From contig NC_017459.1 in assembly GCF_000237865.1 (NCBI RefSeq), positions 210,001 to 242,000 on the forward strand: a DNA stretch of 32,000 bases. The letters are read 5' to 3'. The first letter of the stretch is position 1. Each line of letters starts with the position of its first letter. This DNA is from Haloquadratum walsbyi C23. GTDB lineage: Archaea > Halobacteriota > Halobacteria > Halobacteriales > Haloferacaceae. A program made the translations under genes and the position numbers. This document shows positions 28,347-32,000 of this stretch, piece by piece. Below the pieces are notes generated by a model. The model made no database searches and was not told the origin of the DNA. It was given only the letters and a program-made list of their open reading frames with translations.

Positions 28347-29240
28347 TTATTCAGAAAGATCACTTTGAGGGCTAGATCTGCCCGACGGACGTTGTGCAAA
28401 TACAACCCCGATTAACACAAATCCACCCCCAATAATAACCGGGATTGTAAGGGCTTCATTCAGGAGTATAACACCAAGAATGACAGTCACAACCGGTTCA
28501 ATCGTGCTTATAATCCCGACGCGACTCGCCTCAAGCCGAGACACACCCTGATAGAACAAGATATGGGGTAGCACCGTTGAAAAAATAACAATACCAAGAA
28601 TAATTCCCCAGTGGGTCTGTTCACGTGGGAGCGACAATCCGCCATCAATCACACCATATCCGATCATCGTGACCGTTGTTCCGATGAGGACACCAATTGT
28701 CAATCCCTGTGGGGTAGCCTGGGTGACAACACTTCGACTTCCCATTGTATAAATCGCATAGCAGAGAGCCGCACCAAGGGATAAGAGTATTCCAAATGAG
28801 TCAATATTGGGACTGTCGATACCGATGACGATTATCACACCCAGCGTTGTGGTTGTGAGAGCAACTAATTTCTGCGGTGTCATTGTTTCCGTTTGCAATA
28901 CTACTGAAAATGCAACGAGGAATATCGGATAGGTATACAGTACAATCGTTGCGAGCCCAGCAGTAAGTGAACGAAGCGAAAAGAAAAATAACAATGTCAT
29001 TGCGGTATATATTCCCCCAAGCCCCAATGTGATGACCCATTCACGACGGGTTGGTGGAAGCGACCAGTCGCGAATAACAGCAAGAAGTGTAATTATGATA
29101 GTTGCAAACGCAAATCGAATCGGTAAGAGTGCTGCCAGCTCAAGATCGACAATCGCTGCGAGTTCACCAAAGATTCCGATGGTCCCAAATCCCGCAGCAG
29201 CAATGAGTACAAAAATAGTTCCAAGAGTCGCATCTCTCAC
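28347..29240 (-). CDS. DMT-superfamily (EamA-type) transporter
   Basis: About 10 hydrophobic helices are arranged as two EamA-like halves. The 297 aa length is typical. The start is GTG. Confidence 0.85.
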   Translation of the reverse strand: MRDATLGTIFVLIAAAGFGTIGIFGELAAIVDLELAALLPIRFAFATIIITLLAVIRDWSLPPTRREWVITLGLGGIYTAMTLLFFFSLRSLTAGLATIVLYTYPIFLVAFSVVLQTETMTPQKLVALTTTTLGVIIVIGIDSPNIDSFGILLSLGAALCYAIYTMGSRSVVTQATPQGLTIGVLIGTTVTMIGYGVIDGGLSLPREQTHWGIILGIVIFSTVLPHILFYQGVSRLEASRVGIISTIEPVVTVILGVILLNEALTIPVIIGGGFVLIGVVFAQRPSGRSSPQSDLSE

Positions 29241-29382
29241 GGGTATATCACGCTCATATAACTGTATCTGATACGGTTAGGTGCTTTATGATTCGGTAGG
29301 AAGCATATACACCTTCTTAGGAGTATGTAATAGCACTTTGCCCGGACTATTCAGTTGCGAAGCGGCAGTCCATCACAGATCA

Positions 29383-29460
29383 AGAGATAGCAGAGATAGA
29401 GATAGAGATAGAGATAGAGATAGAGATAGCAGAGATAGAGATAGAGATAGAGATAGAGAT
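29383..29460. repeat. Hexanucleotide microsatellite (AGAGAT)1-AGC-(AGAGAT)6-AGC-(AGAGAT)5
   Basis: Counted base by base: 12 perfect AGAGAT units with two AGC interruptions. It lies in the divergent intergenic region between the EamA start (29240) and the zinc-finger start (29490). Confidence 0.95.
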
Positions 29461-29489
29461 AAAGTACATACCAGCGCGACACGCCCGCG

Positions 29490-29681
29490 ATGTTTATGAT
29501 GATGGCTGGTGAATTATCATTCATGCCAGCAACGCTTGAAGTCAAATGCACTGATGGGAGTTGTACGCTAGATATGTTTGAACTCCACTATACGTATGAT
29601 ATGCCAGATGATGTTGGCGTAACCGACTTTACCTGTCCGTACTGTGGTGAAACTGAGACACTCGAAGCAATTGAGCTATGA
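29490..29681 (+). CDS. Small 4-Cys zinc-finger protein (CPxCG type)
   Basis: The 63 aa protein has Cys pairs C-x4-C (KCTDGSC) and CPYCG. This is a typical haloarchaeal small zinc-finger architecture. It shares a 4-nt ATGA overlap with hsp20. Confidence 0.6.
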   Translation: MFMMMAGELSFMPATLEVKCTDGSCTLDMFELHYTYDMPDDVGVTDFTCPYCGETETLEAIEL

Positions 29682-30190
29682 GTAGGCTTACAGAACTCGG
29701 TGAATCAGCGGCACAGACAGTTCTTGATCGAGTCGGACGTGGAGTCTCAGAGGTGCAAGAACGAACACCACTCCCATATGATCTACTCGAAAGTGATGAA
29801 GCGTATTTGATCATTTTTGATGCGCCTGGTATTGAACAGACTGATGTCCAAGTGCAATTTCTTGACGGGAAGGTTGAGGTTCGACTTGACCGATTCCGTG
29901 ATTTCTATGAGGATTTTGAGATGCGATTTCCTGGTCGTGGACTTTCACTTGATGGATCTGTATCACTTCCTGATGACGCCGCTGTCGACCCTGAACGCGC
30001 GAATGCAACTCTTGGACGGAATGGGACTCTTCAGATTCGACTTCCGAAAGATGGGCGTCATCAAACGGTTGCAGTGAGTGAGGCTGATGAAAATAATGAG
30101 CATGACGAGATGATTGATTCAGGTGACTCAGACGCGAGTACTGCAAACAATACTGATGATGCTAATCATGATCCCGATACTGATAGCTAA
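29678..30190 (+). CDS. hsp20: Hsp20/alpha-crystallin family small heat-shock protein
   Basis: The alpha-crystallin domain includes DESDEAYLIIFDAPGIEQTDVQVQFLDGKVEVRLDR ... NATLGRNGTLQIRLPK. The C-terminal tail is acidic. Confidence 0.85.
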   Translation: MSRLTELGESAAQTVLDRVGRGVSEVQERTPLPYDLLESDEAYLIIFDAPGIEQTDVQVQFLDGKVEVRLDRFRDFYEDFEMRFPGRGLSLDGSVSLPDDAAVDPERANATLGRNGTLQIRLPKDGRHQTVAVSEADENNEHDEMIDSGDSDASTANNTDDANHDPDTDS

Positions 30191-30285
30191 AATCAGTCCT
30201 GCGGCAGTGAACTAACTGTATTTGATTTCGTTTTGTATTTGCTCTATTATTTCATCTCACCGATTATAGAAATGCAAGGTGAATA

Positions 30286-30355
30286 CACCCGCCTTCCCGT
30301 GAGGAACGAGCGTTACGACCGGGACGGTCGTAACCGAGCGACGAACAGGCGGGTG
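30286..30355. repeat. Compact GC-rich nested hairpin element
   Basis: The outer arms are cacccgcc (30286-30293) and ggcgggtg (30348-30355). The inner perfect 10-bp stem is gttacgaccg (30312-30321) with cggtcgtaac (30325-30334), closing a 3-nt loop. It sits in a GC-rich islet of about 135 bp flanked by AT-rich DNA. Confidence 0.6.
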
Positions 30356-30546
30356 ATGAAACCGACATGGGCGAGTCATATCTACACCACACTAACATGG
30401 CCGGATATTCCACGGTCTGACCACAAATTTTATAATAAAACAATTATAAACGATTATACAGACGTTTAGAATGCTGGTATGTGTTTACTCCCAGAACGAT
30501 TTCGCCACTCTCTAGTAAATTGCTCTTGACTCTGCGATAGAGCAAT

Positions 30547-32000
30547 GCAGACGACAAGGTGTTTTCTGAGGGACGGTCTCCCTGCCGGAGACCGTCCTGT
30601 GTCGTCTGCACTGGTTGAGGTGTATTGTGATGGTCACTGATAAGAAGGTGGAGCAACTGCTTGAGCGGATCACTCATCTCGAAAATCGCATTGATGAACT
30701 TGAGCAGGAGAATAAAGAGCTCAAGCAAGCAAATCAGCAACTCCGGAAAGAGAACAAGCGTCTCAGAGCCAAGCTTCGGTGGTACGAGGGACCACATACA
30801 CCACCGAGCAAAGACCAATCGGACCAGGAGGAGTCGTCCTCGTCCACACCGGACGAGGACGACGAACAACCACGTACTGACGGTGGCACCCCTGGTCGAA
30901 AGTCCGGACATGATCCGGAATGGCGCGACGCTCCTGACCCTGATCGAGAAATCGAGGTTACCTGTGACTGCTGTCCAGACTGTGGTGAAGCGTTCGACGA
31001 GTCGGCGGGCGTCAGCCCCCGACTCGTCGAGGAACTCCCGGATCCACAGCCGCCAGAGGTCACACAGTACAACCGCCACCACTACGAGTGTCACTCTTGT
31101 GGTGCCGAAACTGTCGCCTCACATCCCGACTGCCCCGATGAGGGGCAGTTCGGGGTGAATGTCATTGCACAGGCGGCGCTCTCTCGGTACGATCACCGCC
31201 TTCCCTACCGGAAGATCGGCGATCGCTTCGAACAACTCCACGGACTGGAACTGTCAGGCGCGTCCGCATGGCACTCGACCGAGCGCGCTGCGCGCGCCGG
31301 TCGCTGTGAATACGAACAGATTCGCCGTCAGATCCAGCAAGCCGGCGTTGTCCACGTTGACGAGACTGGAATCAAACGCGACGGCGAACAGGCATGGATC
31401 TGGACGTTCACTACCGAGGAACACACGCTGTACGCAGTCAGAGAGAGTCGAGGAAGTGATGTTCCCGCGGAAGTCCTCGGCGAGGACTTCGCAGGAACGG
31501 TCGTCTGTGATGGGTGGACGGCGTATCCGGCTTTCAGCAGCAACCTCCAGCGGTGTTGGGCGCATATTTTACGGGAGGCTGAAGATGCCGCCGACAAACA
31601 GGTGGAAGGCGAACCAATCTACCGTGCCCTCAAGCAGCTGTACGTCGCTCTCCAGACCCGGCTGGAGAGCGACTTGACAGTCCGTGAGCGAGCAGAACTC
31701 CAACTTGTGGCGCGGAGAGAGCTTGAATCGCTGATAGAACGGTCAGTCCCTGACGGACCAGTGGCAACACTACTCGGGAAGATCGAAAGGGGTCTCGACC
31801 ACTGGCTCACCTTCATTGGTGAGCCAGCGGTCTCTCCAACGAATAATTCGGCTGAAAACGCCCTCCGTGAGCCCGTAGTTCTCCGGAAAATCATCGGAAC
31901 TCTCCGCAATGACCGCGGGATGTTCGTTCACGAAACGTTGCTGTCCCTGCTGGCGACATGGCGCCAGCAGGGACGCAATCCCTATGGCGAATTCAAGCGG
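30547..32000 (+). mobile_element. IS66-family (ISH10-like, single-ORF) insertion sequence, partial. The left boundary is unresolved and the right end lies outside the window.
   Basis: There is a sharp rise in G+C, a transposase ORF, and a leader hairpin at 30547-30609. No terminal repeat can be assigned without the other end. Confidence 0.55.
30630..32000 (+). CDS. IS66-family transposase (3' end beyond the window)
   Basis: It is absent from the ORF track because no stop codon occurs before the window end. Manual translation from ATG 30630 gives 457 uninterrupted codons. These include MVTDKKVEQLLERITHLENRIDELEQENKELK (leucine-zipper-like), the zinc-finger pairs CDCCPDCG...CHSCG, and the IS66 catalytic signatures VVHVDETG and QRCWAHILRE. 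Confidence 0.85.
   Translation, partial: MVTDKKVEQLLERITHLENRIDELEQENKELKQANQQLRKENKRLRAKLRWYEGPHTPPSKDQSDQEESSSSTPDEDDEQPRTDGGTPGRKSGHDPEWRDAPDPDREIEVTCDCCPDCGEAFDESAGVSPRLVEELPDPQPPEVTQYNRHHYECHSCGAETVASHPDCPDEGQFGVNVIAQAALSRYDHRLPYRKIGDRFEQLHGLELSGASAWHSTERAARAGRCEYEQIRRQIQQAGVVHVDETGIKRDGEQAWIWTFTTEEHTLYAVRESRGSDVPAEVLGEDFAGTVVCDGWTAYPAFSSNLQRCWAHILREAEDAADKQVEGEPIYRALKQLYVALQTRLESDLTVRERAELQLVARRELESLIERSVPDGPVATLLGKIERGLDHWLTFIGEPAVSPTNNSAENALREPVVLRKIIGTLRNDRGMFVHETLLSLLATWRQQGRNPYGEFKR

Noticed and set aside
29281-29551. ORFs translating the AGAGAT array as an RDRDRD repeat (+) or an LYLYLY repeat (-), and the possibility that the array is a CRISPR-like repeat.
   Set aside because: The reading frames are a by-product of the hexamer repeat. 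The units are contiguous 6-mers with no spacers, so this is a microsatellite rather than a CRISPR array.
30444-31677. ORFs at 30444-31094 (-), 30661-31158 (+) and 31159-31677 (+) in the GC-rich right end of the window.
   Set aside because: All overlap the uninterrupted frame-0 IS66-family transposase ORF (30630 to the window end), which has clear family motifs. Their Arg/Ser/Thr-rich translations are GC-driven artefacts.

Overview
This is a haloarchaeal chromosomal segment. The predicted proteins are strongly acidic, and the gene set is archaeal (TFB, group II chaperonin, membrane LonB, archaeal-type shikimate entry enzymes). The backbone is visibly AT-richer than most haloarchaea, which fits a Haloquadratum-like genome; that assignment is inference only. 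Most of the window is housekeeping. On the + strand are tfb and aroD. An ISH3-family IS and tRNA-Lys(CUU) follow. On the - strand is a block of aroB' (DHQ synthase II), aroA' (ADH synthase) and trpA-trpB-trpC. Next come an MGMT-like gene, an SRPBCC protein, lonB plus a CPBP protease, and nadM overlapping a DUF62 SAM hydrolase. Further on are a short thermosome subunit, a methyltransferase-GT2 pair, a small wHTH protein, and an overlapping MBL hydrolase and YkgJ Cys-cluster pair. The rest comprises a TRAM protein, a radical SAM/HhH protein, a DUF429 protein, an EamA transporter, an overlapping zinc-finger and Hsp20 pair, and a 3'-truncated IS66-family (ISH10-like) transposase that runs off the window. 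I see no CRISPR array, rRNA or recognisable defence system. The least explained material is non-coding. Two GC-rich, hairpin-dense islands of about 450 bp flank the thermosome gene, and each is preceded by a copy of a near-identical 27-nt TATA-like motif. There is also a compact GC-rich hairpin element downstream of hsp20 and an (AGAGAT)12 microsatellite in a divergent promoter region. Protein-level oddities are an MGMT-family protein with Asp in place of the catalytic Cys, and long acidic low-complexity insertions in several conserved proteins.
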